From Fluviicola sp. (GTDB lineage: Bacteria; Bacteroidota; Bacteroidia; Flavobacteriales_D; Crocinitomicaceae): 64,000 nt of DNA. Where the stretch lies: NCBI RefSeq assembly GCF_031260455.1, contig NZ_JAIRJW010000037.1. One strand, given 5' to 3'. Positions 29,432 through 38,686 of this stretch are shown here, one piece after another. The translations under genes and the position numbers were made by a program. The notes beneath the pieces are model-generated. The model had not been told where the DNA came from. It ran no database searches and saw nothing but the letters and a program-made list of their open reading frames with translations. Numbering within the stretch: the first letter of the stretch is position 1; each line of letters opens with the position of its first letter.

Positions 29432-29749
29432 AAATAATAAAATTTAGTTAGCCTCAAATTACACCGTGAGGATTCGGCGAGCTAAAAGCGGTTGTTTATT
29501 TTAAACCGTAGTTTAGTGAGATAATTCTATAATGAAAAGTACCACCAACTTATTAAATCATTAATAATAAATTAGATAGGAAATTTCAAGTAGTTGAGCG
29601 CAATTTTTCGCAGAGTTAGAAAAGAACGTTCGGTTCCAACTGAATTGGATTGAAAAGTTTGAGCAATGTCATATTCAAATAGTGTTTTAAGTTCTCCACA
29701 CATAAATTGCCGTGAAGAATAGCAGTCAGCAGACTTGTTAGTAAATAGT

Positions 29750-29900
29750 CAACCTGTACAATGATAAACAAATATCCACATATTAACAAGTTGTACAGGT
29801 TGTAAAATACAACTTATATCGTTGTATTTTGGTTGTATGGTACAACCAATAGCCAAAAATCATTATATTTCGTGCTGCGTATAGGTTGTACGATACAACT
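29750..29900. promoter_or_regulatory. Array of palindromic operator-like sites GTTGTA-N3-TACAAC plus extra half-sites, between the precursor operon and the XRE gene
   Basis: Palindromes at 29799-29813 (GTTGTAaaaTACAAC), 29831-29847 (GGTTGTAtggTACAACC) and 29884-29899 (GGTTGTAcgaTACAAC). Half-sites at 29790-29795 and 29821-29826. An 11-bp inverted repeat, CAACCTGTACA (29750-29760)/TGTACAGGTTG (29792-29802). Confidence 0.6.
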
Positions 29901-29924
29901 AAGAAAGTTCAAAAAAAATGAATT

Positions 29925-30326
29925 ATGGGAGAATTAGAGGTTAGTTACGCAAACAAATTGCGTTTTCTTAGGCATCGACACGGAAAAAAACAAATTGAAG
30001 TTGCCGATCATTTGAAATTAAGTCAGCAGGCTTATAGTAAGTTGGAAAATGGGGAGACTTCTTTTTCAGATGAAGTAATAGAGAGAATAGCTGACTTCTT
30101 TAAAATTACGCCAGCAGATTTTGTTAAACCTTTCGATCAAATGAATATTGGTGATAATAGCATGAACAGTAATACTACTATTCATTTGATTGATGCAAAA
30201 ATTATTGAAACATTAGAAAAACTATACCAACAAAATGTTACTCTTATTGAATTAAATGTAAAGTTAACCGAAAATCTGCTCAAAGAAAAAGACCTTAGAA
30301 TTAAAGATTTAGAAAAAGGGAAATAA
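29925..30326 (+). CDS. XRE-family helix-turn-helix transcriptional regulator with a C-terminal coiled-coil-like tail
   Basis: HTH_3 pattern LRFLRHRHGKKQIEVADHLKLSQQAYSKLENGETSFSDEVIERIADFF. Divergently oriented to the RiPP operon. Confidence 0.85.
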   Translation: MGELEVSYANKLRFLRHRHGKKQIEVADHLKLSQQAYSKLENGETSFSDEVIERIADFFKITPADFVKPFDQMNIGDNSMNSNTTIHLIDAKIIETLEKLYQQNVTLIELNVKLTENLLKEKDLRIKDLEKGK

Positions 30327-30449
30327 GACAACTACCCGGTTATATAATTGAATATCAGATTGTTTTGTAAACAATTGTTCATCGAATCGACATGATAAGC
30401 ATTGAAATTTTTCGGATTAATTTTCTGAAAATCAAATAGTTTATCAAAA

Positions 30450-31364
30450 TTAATAAGGTTTATCCCAGAAAGTGGGTTCTTTAAAACGGATAATGGATAT
30501 GAAATTGGTGCTCACTTCCCGGATAATGATGGAATAAATCAAACCGGTCAAACCACTGTAAACAAGCTGGTATTCGGTCACAAACACGCCATCTTTATAA
30601 ACCAGCTTCGACTGAAGATTCCCGAAAGCGTCATAAGTGAAACGGGATTCGGAAGTTGGAACCGTATCCATATTTTTATAGACGGAAATATTTTCGATCC
30701 AGCCTTTGTCCGAATACTTGTATTTGGTTGTAATCCGGTTCCGGGTAATGGTAAACAATTCCTCTTCCCTGGATAAATATCCCAGGCTGTCATAATATTT
30801 TGTTACTTCCAGGTATTGGTTCCCATAACTATTGAAAACCTTCTTCCGGTATTGTCCTTCGTAAACCTGATAATCCATTGTTTCGGTATTCCAGAGAATA
30901 CTTCGCTCAATGAAGGGATTCAGGAGACTGTGCATGGTATCAATATCACGATAAACCTCTTCTTTTATAGACTGACCGTCTCCATTGTAAGAATAATAAG
31001 TTGACAAAAAACCTTTTTTCTGACTGATCCGTTTGCGCACCATTCTTCCATCCCTGGTATAATCGTAAAAACGAACGGTTGTATCAGTTACTCCATCTCC
31101 TTTAGCCGTTTGATAGTGACGAACAAGATTTCCGAGCGTATCAAAATCGAAAACATACACATAATTCGATTCACGCATAATGTCGCCCTGCTTTTTATAC
31201 GTAAAGGCCCCGCGGATTTCTTTGATCTTACTTCCCTTGATGAATCTTGTGTTGAAAAAGGGCACATCTGTTAAAGCGACTCCTTTCGAATTGTCGAAAA
31301 GCTGCGCCGATACGCTGTTTGCCAGTAAAGTGAGGATGAAAAAAAAGCTATACTTCAAAAACAT
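30450..31364 (-). CDS. Secreted hypothetical protein with YD/RHS-like repeats
   Basis: Signal peptide MFLKYSFFFILTLLANSVSAQ from the ATG at 31364; the longest ORF runs to 31394. Repeats FDTLGNL, YDYTRDGRM, YNGDGQS, YDSLGYL, YDAFGNL. Confidence 0.6.
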   Translation of the reverse strand: MFLKYSFFFILTLLANSVSAQLFDNSKGVALTDVPFFNTRFIKGSKIKEIRGAFTYKKQGDIMRESNYVYVFDFDTLGNLVRHYQTAKGDGVTDTTVRFYDYTRDGRMVRKRISQKKGFLSTYYSYNGDGQSIKEEVYRDIDTMHSLLNPFIERSILWNTETMDYQVYEGQYRKKVFNSYGNQYLEVTKYYDSLGYLSREEELFTITRNRITTKYKYSDKGWIENISVYKNMDTVPTSESRFTYDAFGNLQSKLVYKDGVFVTEYQLVYSGLTGLIYSIIIREVSTNFISIIRFKEPTFWDKPY

Positions 31365-31426
31365 AACGCAAAAATGGGTTGAATTTTGAAGCATAGCTTA
31401 AATTTTAAGAAAAATTGGAATCTTGT

Positions 31427-32800
31427 TTACAGCCAGGAAACAATCACACTGAATCCAAGCATTCCGATCAGTGCAAGAGTTAACACACCAATTGTTAACG
31501 GTGACAATTTAATTTTTTCCTGCCCGGATTCAACCGGGGAAATGATTGTTGCGATCACTTTCAGATAGTAATAAATACTAATTGCCGAATTGATCAAAGC
31601 GATGATTACCAGCCACGATGCATTTGCCCAGGCACTGGAGAAAACGATATATTTTGCAAAGAAACCGGCTGTCGGAGGAATTCCTGCTAAAGACAACAGG
31701 GAAACAATTCCCACAATTGCCAGGAATGGGTTACGTTTGCCCAAACCTCTCCATGCTTCGATCCTGTCTTCCTGATCGTTTACTGCCAATCCTACGCCAA
31801 TAACTCCAACGATGGAGAATCCGTAAGCGAACATATAGAACCACAATTCCATAACTGATCCCATACTGTTACTTACAAAAACCAGCAAAGTATATCCAAC
31901 GTGTGTGATGGAAGAGTAAGCCAGCAAACGCTTGAATTTCACCTGACGCAATGCAGACAGGTTCCCGACAAACATCGTGATGATGATCATTATGACCAAA
32001 GCGTTTTGCCAGAATCCGAGCAATTCTCCAAATCCGAAGCAAACGATAAACATTTTCAGAAACGCGTAGAATGCAGAAATTTTCACCACTGAAGCCATAA
32101 ACCCAGTTACGGCATGCGGTGCTCCGTCATATACGTCCGGACTCCAGAAATGGAATGGTGCCGCACCGATTTTGAAAATAAAGGAAGCCATAATCAACAA
32201 TACACCAATCATTAAAATCGGGCTCAGAGATTCCATTTCCATAATTTTCGCCTGAATCTCCCATAGCCTGAATGTTCCGGTAGCTCCATACACCCATGCC
32301 AATCCGAAAAGGAAAATTCCGGAAGCAAAGGAACCTGTGAGGAAATATTTCAAGGATGCTTCGGAAGACCGTATATCAGTCTTGTTACTTCCCGCCATGA
32401 CATAAATCGGAATAGAAAGGATTTCCAGGCCAAGGAAGAACATGAACATATCGGTGTAAGCAGTCATAATCATCGCTCCTACTGTTGAGAATATCAATAA
32501 ACCGATGTATTCTCCCGTATGTACCGGATTTTCTTTGAAACGCTCGTAACCGAGTCCGACAATCAATAAAGCCAAAACGCAAATCGCAAGACTGTATACC
32601 AAAGCCAGATCGTCAAACAACAAACCTTCGTACTTCAGGAAGTCGAAAAATGCCTTCCCGGTCTGAAGCTGGTTAAGAATAACGATAATAGCAGCCAACA
32701 AACCTGCCATTGCAGAGCTTACAACTAACCAAGGTTTCTTTGCAAAAGCAGCAAATAAGGAAATCAGTCCACTGGCAAAAACAATCAATAATGCATCCAT
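31427..32800 (-). CDS. nuoN: NADH-quinone oxidoreductase subunit N
   Basis: 457 aa polytopic antiporter-like subunit, last gene of the contiguous nuo operon. Confidence 0.9.
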   Translation of the reverse strand: MDALLIVFASGLISLFAAFAKKPWLVVSSAMAGLLAAIIVILNQLQTGKAFFDFLKYEGLLFDDLALVYSLAICVLALLIVGLGYERFKENPVHTGEYIGLLIFSTVGAMIMTAYTDMFMFFLGLEILSIPIYVMAGSNKTDIRSSEASLKYFLTGSFASGIFLFGLAWVYGATGTFRLWEIQAKIMEMESLSPILMIGVLLIMASFIFKIGAAPFHFWSPDVYDGAPHAVTGFMASVVKISAFYAFLKMFIVCFGFGELLGFWQNALVIMIIITMFVGNLSALRQVKFKRLLAYSSITHVGYTLLVFVSNSMGSVMELWFYMFAYGFSIVGVIGVGLAVNDQEDRIEAWRGLGKRNPFLAIVGIVSLLSLAGIPPTAGFFAKYIVFSSAWANASWLVIIALINSAISIYYYLKVIATIISPVESGQEKIKLSPLTIGVLTLALIGMLGFSVIVSWL

Positions 32801-32801
32801 A

Positions 32802-34238
32802 TTATAAACCTGAAGGTGTTGAAAGGGTTTCTAAAACTACTTTTATACTAGGATTCACAAAATCCGTGATAGCTGCCGGGTAAACTCCAAAGATCACCAC
32901 AGCAATAACAATTAGTGCCAAAACCAGTAATTCCGACCAGTGCAAATCTGCAAAATGATCTCTGGTAACCGGTCCGTACATACTCAACTGGTATGCGCGG
33001 AACGTATAAACCGCTCCGAGAATCAGGGTTGTCCCCGCAATGATTCCCACAACCATATCAAAACCAACTAATCCTTTCAGCATCAGGAATTCCCCAATAA
33101 ATCCACTGGTTAACGGAACGGATACCGATGCAAAAGCCAATGCTGCAAACCAGAATGCGAATTTCGGAGCTTGTTTTGCAAAACCTCCCAATTCATCCAG
33201 GTTCCGGGTTCCGGCCCTGCGTTCAATAATTTCAACTGCCAGGAATAAGCCAACTGCAACCAGCCCATGATTAAGGATCTGAACCATACTTCCGGAAAGT
33301 GCATCGAAGTTACAAGTCATGATTGCCGCAGCGATCAATCCTACGTGTGACATAGATGCAAAGGCAAATACACGCTTCATGTCTTTTTGCCTGATGGCAA
33401 TAATTGCCGCGTAAACCACCCCGACCGTTGCCAGAATAATAATGGGATACTGCAAACACGGAATTGCTTCAGGGAACAGCGGAAGCATCCAGCGGATCAT
33501 TCCGTAAAGTGCCATTTTCAGCATAATTCCCGAAAGCAGCATTGTTCCGGCCATCGGTGATTTCGTATATGTATCCGGCTGCCACGTGTGGAACGGGAAT
33601 ACCGGGATCTTGATTGCAAAAGCAAGAAAAAATCCTAAAGCCAACCAGCAAGCCGTTTTACCTGTAAAAACAACCGTTCTCAAATCCTCAATGTAGAAAG
33701 TCGGTGAGTTCACTTTAATTCCGATCAAAGCAGCAAGCATTGCCAATGAGCCCACAAAGGTGTAAATGAAAAACTTCATCAAAGCCGCCTTTCTTTCAGG
33801 CGCTCCAAACCACCAGGAGATCAGAAAGATCGGAATCAGGGTGATTTCCCAGAATATGTAGAACCACAATCCGTCCATGGAAACAAATACTCCGATCAAA
33901 CCTAGCTGCATGAAGAAAACCATACTTGTGAACAAGCGGTTTTCAGCCAGTTCGTTCCTGAAGTTTGCAACCAGGATCAACGGAACCAAAACGGCTGTCA
34001 ACAACAACATTAACAGGGAAATTCCATCGTATCCGAAGCTTAGGGTAATTCCGTAAAACCACGGTTTTTGCATAAACAAATACATCGTTCCATTATTGTT
34101 GTATTGCATCATACATGCTATTACAACACCTAAAACGACAAGCGAACCGATGATTCCGTATGCACGAACCCCTTGTTTAGGGACTAACAATACCGATAAC
34201 GCAAAGAAAACTGGTAAAATAAATAAAAGTAATTCCAC
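32802..34238 (-). CDS. nuoM: NADH-quinone oxidoreductase subunit M
   Basis: 478 aa antiporter-like subunit; assigned from operon position. Confidence 0.9.
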   Translation of the reverse strand: MELLLFILPVFFALSVLLVPKQGVRAYGIIGSLVVLGVVIACMMQYNNNGTMYLFMQKPWFYGITLSFGYDGISLLMLLLTAVLVPLILVANFRNELAENRLFTSMVFFMQLGLIGVFVSMDGLWFYIFWEITLIPIFLISWWFGAPERKAALMKFFIYTFVGSLAMLAALIGIKVNSPTFYIEDLRTVVFTGKTACWLALGFFLAFAIKIPVFPFHTWQPDTYTKSPMAGTMLLSGIMLKMALYGMIRWMLPLFPEAIPCLQYPIIILATVGVVYAAIIAIRQKDMKRVFAFASMSHVGLIAAAIMTCNFDALSGSMVQILNHGLVAVGLFLAVEIIERRAGTRNLDELGGFAKQAPKFAFWFAALAFASVSVPLTSGFIGEFLMLKGLVGFDMVVGIIAGTTLILGAVYTFRAYQLSMYGPVTRDHFADLHWSELLVLALIVIAVVIFGVYPAAITDFVNPSIKVVLETLSTPSGL

Positions 34239-34241
34239 GTC

Positions 34242-36158
34242 TTAGTTTTTATAATAGATAATGTAATAAACAATCAACCCGATGATTCCGAAAACCATCC
34301 ACAAAATATAGTTATCTGCTCTTCCCGTTTGGATTTTGCGAATCAGATCGCCCGATTTCCCAATAGTTTTTCCCAAACTGACAACGCTTCTATGCAAGAA
34401 CGCTCCTTCGAAATAATGCGCTCCTTTTTCAGACAGCCACAAGACGGGTCTTACGAACAGGAAGTCGTAAATTTCATCGAAATACAATTTTCTTGCGGAA
34501 GCTTTTTCCCATCCTTTCAATTGCTCGTCTGCAACAGGTATGCTGTTTTTCTTCACATAAACAATGTAGGTCACAATTGCAATAATCACAGCCATTGCTC
34601 CTGCCGCAACCATCAGCATCAAAGTGGTATTCGGGTCACCGTGTTCACTAATGGCCTTCAAACCATCTACGTTCTGTGCATAGTGATGCGACAACCAGTG
34701 TGTCCCGTTGCGAAGGAAAACTCCCGGTAAATTCAATAAACCTCCGAATACGGACAATATTGCCAGGATAATCAGCGGCAAAGTCATAGAAGCCGGACCT
34801 TCGTGTACATGGTGCTCCTGCTCGTGCGTTCCGCGGAATGTTCCAAAGAAAGTCACAAAGTACAGTCGGAACATGTAAATGGCTGTCAAAGCCGAGCTGA
34901 ACATCAATGCGAAGTAAACAAACTTGTGTGATTCAAATGCGTGCCCGATAATTTCATCTTTGGAGTAGAACCCGGACAATAACGGGATACCGGAAATTGC
35001 CAGTGTTCCGATTAAGAACGTGAAATGCGTTACCGGGATTTTCCTGCGAAGTCCACCCATTTTGCGAATATCCTGCTCGTCAGACATCGCGTGGATTACA
35101 CTTCCCGAACCTAAGAACAGCAATGCTTTGAAGAATGCGTGAGTCGTAACATGGAACATGGCAGCCGTGTAGGCTCCCATTCCCAATGCTACGAATAACA
35201 TCCCCAGCTGAGAAACAGTTGAATAAGCTAATACTTTCTTGATATCGTTCTGACGCATTGCAATGAATGCCGCCACGATTGAAGTAGCTAACCCGATGTA
35301 TAACATGATCTCCTTTGTCAGATGTGCATGTTCGAACAAATAGTTGGAACGAACCGTTAAGAAAATACCCGCTGTTACCATCGTTGCCGCGTGGATCAAA
35401 GCTGAAACCGGAGTTGGTCCCGCCATCGCATCTGGCAACCACGTAAACAATGGAATCTGAGCCGATTTTCCGGTTGCACCGATAAATAAACAGATCGTAA
35501 TTCCGAAGATCAGCCATTCGGAAATTTCAAATCCTTTTGCCAGCACTGCTTTTGCTACTTCAGCATATTCCAGCGTTCCGAATTTTCCCAAGATCAGGAA
35601 CAAGCCGATCAGTAAGCCCAAATCTCCGATTCGGTTCATGATGAATGCTTTACGGGCAGCCAGTGTATTTTTGAAGTCCTGATACCAGAACCCAATTAAC
35701 AAATAAGAACAAATACCAACACCTTCCCAGCCGAAGAATAACATGAAATAGTTGCTTCCCAGGACCAGAATCAACATCGCAAAGACGAACAGGTTCAGGT
35801 AAACAAAGAACTTGTAATATCCTGCATCATGTTTCATATAGCCCATTGAAAACAGGTGAATCAAGGTTCCGACACCAGTTACGATCAGTGTCATCCACAT
35901 CGACAGGTTATCTGCGAACAAACGCGCATGCAAGGAGAATGTGTCTGTTTTGATCATGGTAAATAAATGAGCTGTCACCGGTTCTCCGTGTTGAACTCCC
36001 ATGAATGCCATGATTGCCAGAACAAAAGAAACGAGCATTACACCTGTTGCAATTGTTCCTACTAAAACTTTTGATAATGATTTTCCGATAGTTCCGTTAA
36101 TAAAAGCTCCGGTCAGGGGGAGCAAAACAATAAACGGAAGTAGTTGTGATACCGACAT
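34242..36158 (-). CDS. nuoL: NADH-quinone oxidoreductase subunit L
   Basis: 638 aa antiporter-like subunit with a C-terminal extension. Confidence 0.9.
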   Translation of the reverse strand: MSVSQLLPFIVLLPLTGAFINGTIGKSLSKVLVGTIATGVMLVSFVLAIMAFMGVQHGEPVTAHLFTMIKTDTFSLHARLFADNLSMWMTLIVTGVGTLIHLFSMGYMKHDAGYYKFFVYLNLFVFAMLILVLGSNYFMLFFGWEGVGICSYLLIGFWYQDFKNTLAARKAFIMNRIGDLGLLIGLFLILGKFGTLEYAEVAKAVLAKGFEISEWLIFGITICLFIGATGKSAQIPLFTWLPDAMAGPTPVSALIHAATMVTAGIFLTVRSNYLFEHAHLTKEIMLYIGLATSIVAAFIAMRQNDIKKVLAYSTVSQLGMLFVALGMGAYTAAMFHVTTHAFFKALLFLGSGSVIHAMSDEQDIRKMGGLRRKIPVTHFTFLIGTLAISGIPLLSGFYSKDEIIGHAFESHKFVYFALMFSSALTAIYMFRLYFVTFFGTFRGTHEQEHHVHEGPASMTLPLIILAILSVFGGLLNLPGVFLRNGTHWLSHHYAQNVDGLKAISEHGDPNTTLMLMVAAGAMAVIIAIVTYIVYVKKNSIPVADEQLKGWEKASARKLYFDEIYDFLFVRPVLWLSEKGAHYFEGAFLHRSVVSLGKTIGKSGDLIRKIQTGRADNYILWMVFGIIGLIVYYIIYYKN

Positions 36159-36161
36159 CTG

Positions 36162-36491
36162 TTAGTTTTTTAATTTATTAAACAATCGAATATCTACAGA
36201 GCGCGTATTTCTGAACAAAAGCACCAGGATCGATAATCCGACCGTTGCTTCCGCTGCTGCCACTACCATGATGAAAAACACGAATAATTGTCCGTCTGCC
36301 TGCCCCAGGTACGTTGAAAAAGCTACCAACAGCAAATTCACCGCATTGAGCATCAATTCAATGCACATCAACAAAATGATTGCATTTTTCCGGTAAAGCA
36401 CCCCGAACACACCAATGATGAACAATGCCGTAGCAAGGACCATATAATGCTCGATCTTTACACCTGATTCAAATAATGTCGCTAATAACAT
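36162..36491 (-). CDS. nuoK: NADH-quinone oxidoreductase subunit K
   Basis: 109 aa three-TM protein; assigned from operon position. Confidence 0.9.
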   Translation of the reverse strand: MLLATLFESGVKIEHYMVLATALFIIGVFGVLYRKNAIILLMCIELMLNAVNLLLVAFSTYLGQADGQLFVFFIMVVAAAEATVGLSILVLLFRNTRSVDIRLFNKLKN

Positions 36492-36492
36492 A

Positions 36493-37005
36493 TCAATCTA
36501 TAGTTTGTTTTTCCTTTTTAGCCAAAAGAACCGCTCCGACCATTGCTGCCAGGAACAATACGGAAGAAGCTTCAAAAGGAAGTACGTACTTCGTAAATAA
36601 TACCTGTCCGAGGTTCTCTACCAATCCCACTTTCGGAGAATTCTCGTCGATCACCGGAGTTGCCAGAATGGCATCCCGCATTGCAGCCACTACTACCAGG
36701 AACAATCCACCACCTGCAACCGCAGCACCGATCGTCATCAACGGGGAATGCTTCGGTTCGTTTTCCTTATTCAGATTCAGGAGCATCAATACGAAGAGGA
36801 ACAATACCATGATTGCCCCGGCATATACAATGATGTTTACAATTGCAATGAACTGTGCATTCATCAACACATAATTTGCCGAAATCAAAAAGAAGGTCAA
36901 TACCAGGTACAATACACTTCTCACCGGATGTTTACTCAGAACCACCATCAAAGCCGTTCCGATCGTCAATCCACCCAGGATATAAAAAATCACATCTAAA
37001 CTCAT
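36493..37005 (-). CDS. nuoJ: NADH-quinone oxidoreductase subunit J
   Basis: 170 aa membrane protein; assigned from operon position. Confidence 0.85.
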   Translation of the reverse strand: MSLDVIFYILGGLTIGTALMVVLSKHPVRSVLYLVLTFFLISANYVLMNAQFIAIVNIIVYAGAIMVLFLFVLMLLNLNKENEPKHSPLMTIGAAVAGGGLFLVVVAAMRDAILATPVIDENSPKVGLVENLGQVLFTKYVLPFEASSVLFLAAMVGAVLLAKKEKQTID

Positions 37006-37544
37006 TACGCAGGTCTTTTTCCGGTTAATTGTCTCTTACTGATGTCTACACGGTGATCAACCGGTTCTACCAGTTTATCTTTCCCGTAAACAAAATCATG
37101 GCGTTCAAAATAAGTCGGAACGATACGATCCGTTAAGAAAATCGCTTCCTTCGGACAAGCTTCCTCACACAATCCGCAGAAAATGCAACGCAGCATATTG
37201 ATTTCATATGTTGTAGCGTATTTCTCTTCTCTGTACAAGTGCTCTTCTCCCTTCTTGCGCTCACCGGAAGTCATGGTGATGGCTTCTGCCGGACATGCTA
37301 CTGCACACAATCCGCAAGCCGTGCAATTTTCACGTCCCTGCTCATCGCGCTTTAATACATGTTGTCCGCGGTAAACAGGTGCAAACTCGCGTTTCTGCTC
37401 CGGATATTTTACCGTATTATTCTTCATGAACAAGTGCTTCAGGGTAATCCACATACCTCCCAGGATTGCCGGGAAATAGAGCTTCTCCATGAAGGTCATC
37501 TTCTTGTTCGAAACAACTTTTTTGCGATTTGATAAACTTTCCAT
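37005..37544 (-). CDS. nuoI: NADH-quinone oxidoreductase subunit I (2x[4Fe-4S] ferredoxin)
   Basis: Two CxxCxxCxxxCP motifs (CTACGLCAVACP, CIFCGLCEEACP). Confidence 0.9.
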   Translation of the reverse strand: MESLSNRKKVVSNKKMTFMEKLYFPAILGGMWITLKHLFMKNNTVKYPEQKREFAPVYRGQHVLKRDEQGRENCTACGLCAVACPAEAITMTSGERKKGEEHLYREEKYATTYEINMLRCIFCGLCEEACPKEAIFLTDRIVPTYFERHDFVYGKDKLVEPVDHRVDISKRQLTGKRPA

Positions 37545-37545
37545 G

Positions 37546-38685
37546 TTAGTATCTATAAGCTATTCCGGTTTGACTCGTCTTTTCGAAGGATTGGTTCAAT
37601 CCCAAAGGTTGCTCTGTTTTCGCAGTGCCTGCAGACTCGTTGTCCTTGTCTTTAGAAAACCAGCCTGAAGTATAAGCGATCACCACACCTGTAATCAACA
37701 GGTTGATTAAAGCAACCGGAATCATCTTTTTCCAACCGATATGCATCAGCTGATCGTAGCGGAAGCGCGGCAATGTCCAGCGAATCCACATGAATACGAA
37801 AATGAAGAAGAATGTTTTTCCGAAGAAAACCAGTGTTCCCAAAATTGCTAAGGTATTTCCTGAGAAATGATCCATTCCCGGGAAGTTGTATCCTCCGAAG
37901 AATAATGCGGAAATTACTGCACAGGAAATGAACATATTTACGTATTCTGCGAACAGAAAGAATCCAAGTTTCATTGCACCGTATTCTGTGTGATAACCAC
38001 CAATCAGCTCGGATTCACATTCTGGTAAGTCGAACGGAGCGCGGTTACACTCTGCCAAAGCCGTAATCAGGAATACTACAAAACAGACCGGTTGCTTGAA
38101 TACGTTCCAGGAGAACCAGCCATCGTTCCAGAAACCATGTTGCTGATCCACGATATCGCGCAAACTCAGCGATCCAGTCATCAATACGATTGTAATAACG
38201 GAAACTCCCATCGCCAATTCGTAGGAAATCATCTGGGAACTCGCACGAATTGCTCCAAACAAGGCAAATTTATTGTTGGAAGCCCAGCCTCCGATCATGA
38301 TTCCGTAAACTCCGATGGAGACAACTCCCATAATGAAGAGAATTCCCACGTTTACATCTGCAACCTGCAAAGCGATTGATTCACCCGCAATTTTCAGATC
38401 CGGTCCCCACGGAATTACCGCCCCGGTAATCAGGGAAGTAAACATGGCAATTCCCGGCCCAATGATGAACAACCATTTATCGGCGTTCGCAGGGCGAAAA
38501 TCTTCCTTGAAGAACATTTTTCCACCGTCTGCCAATGGCTGAAGCAAACCAAAAGGCCCCGCTCTGTCCGGACCAATACGGTCCTGCATCCAGGCCGCAA
38601 CTTTACGCTCCATCAGCGTCAGGTAAGCTGCAATTCCCAGCGTAATGGCGAATAAGGCAACAACTATGATTAATTTTATGATCAT
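37546..38685 (-). CDS. nuoH: NADH-quinone oxidoreductase subunit H
   Basis: Polytopic ND1-like protein (..MERKVAAWMQDRIGPDRAGPFGLLQPLADG..) with a hydrophilic C-terminal extension. Confidence 0.9.
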   Translation of the reverse strand: MIIKLIIVVALFAITLGIAAYLTLMERKVAAWMQDRIGPDRAGPFGLLQPLADGGKMFFKEDFRPANADKWLFIIGPGIAMFTSLITGAVIPWGPDLKIAGESIALQVADVNVGILFIMGVVSIGVYGIMIGGWASNNKFALFGAIRASSQMISYELAMGVSVITIVLMTGSLSLRDIVDQQHGFWNDGWFSWNVFKQPVCFVVFLITALAECNRAPFDLPECESELIGGYHTEYGAMKLGFFLFAEYVNMFISCAVISALFFGGYNFPGMDHFSGNTLAILGTLVFFGKTFFFIFVFMWIRWTLPRFRYDQLMHIGWKKMIPVALINLLITGVVIAYTSGWFSKDKDNESAGTAKTEQPLGLNQSFEKTSQTGIAYRY

Positions 38686-38686
38686 T

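Noticed and set aside
29572-29703. 43-aa minus-strand ORF (MCGELKTLFEYDIAQTFQSNSVGTERSFLTLRKIALNYLKFPI) in the precursor-operon upstream region, considered as a fifth precursor or small regulator
   Set aside because: It has no GG leader motif and no Cys-rich C-terminus, and it does not resemble the four precursors. There is no supporting signal beyond an open frame.
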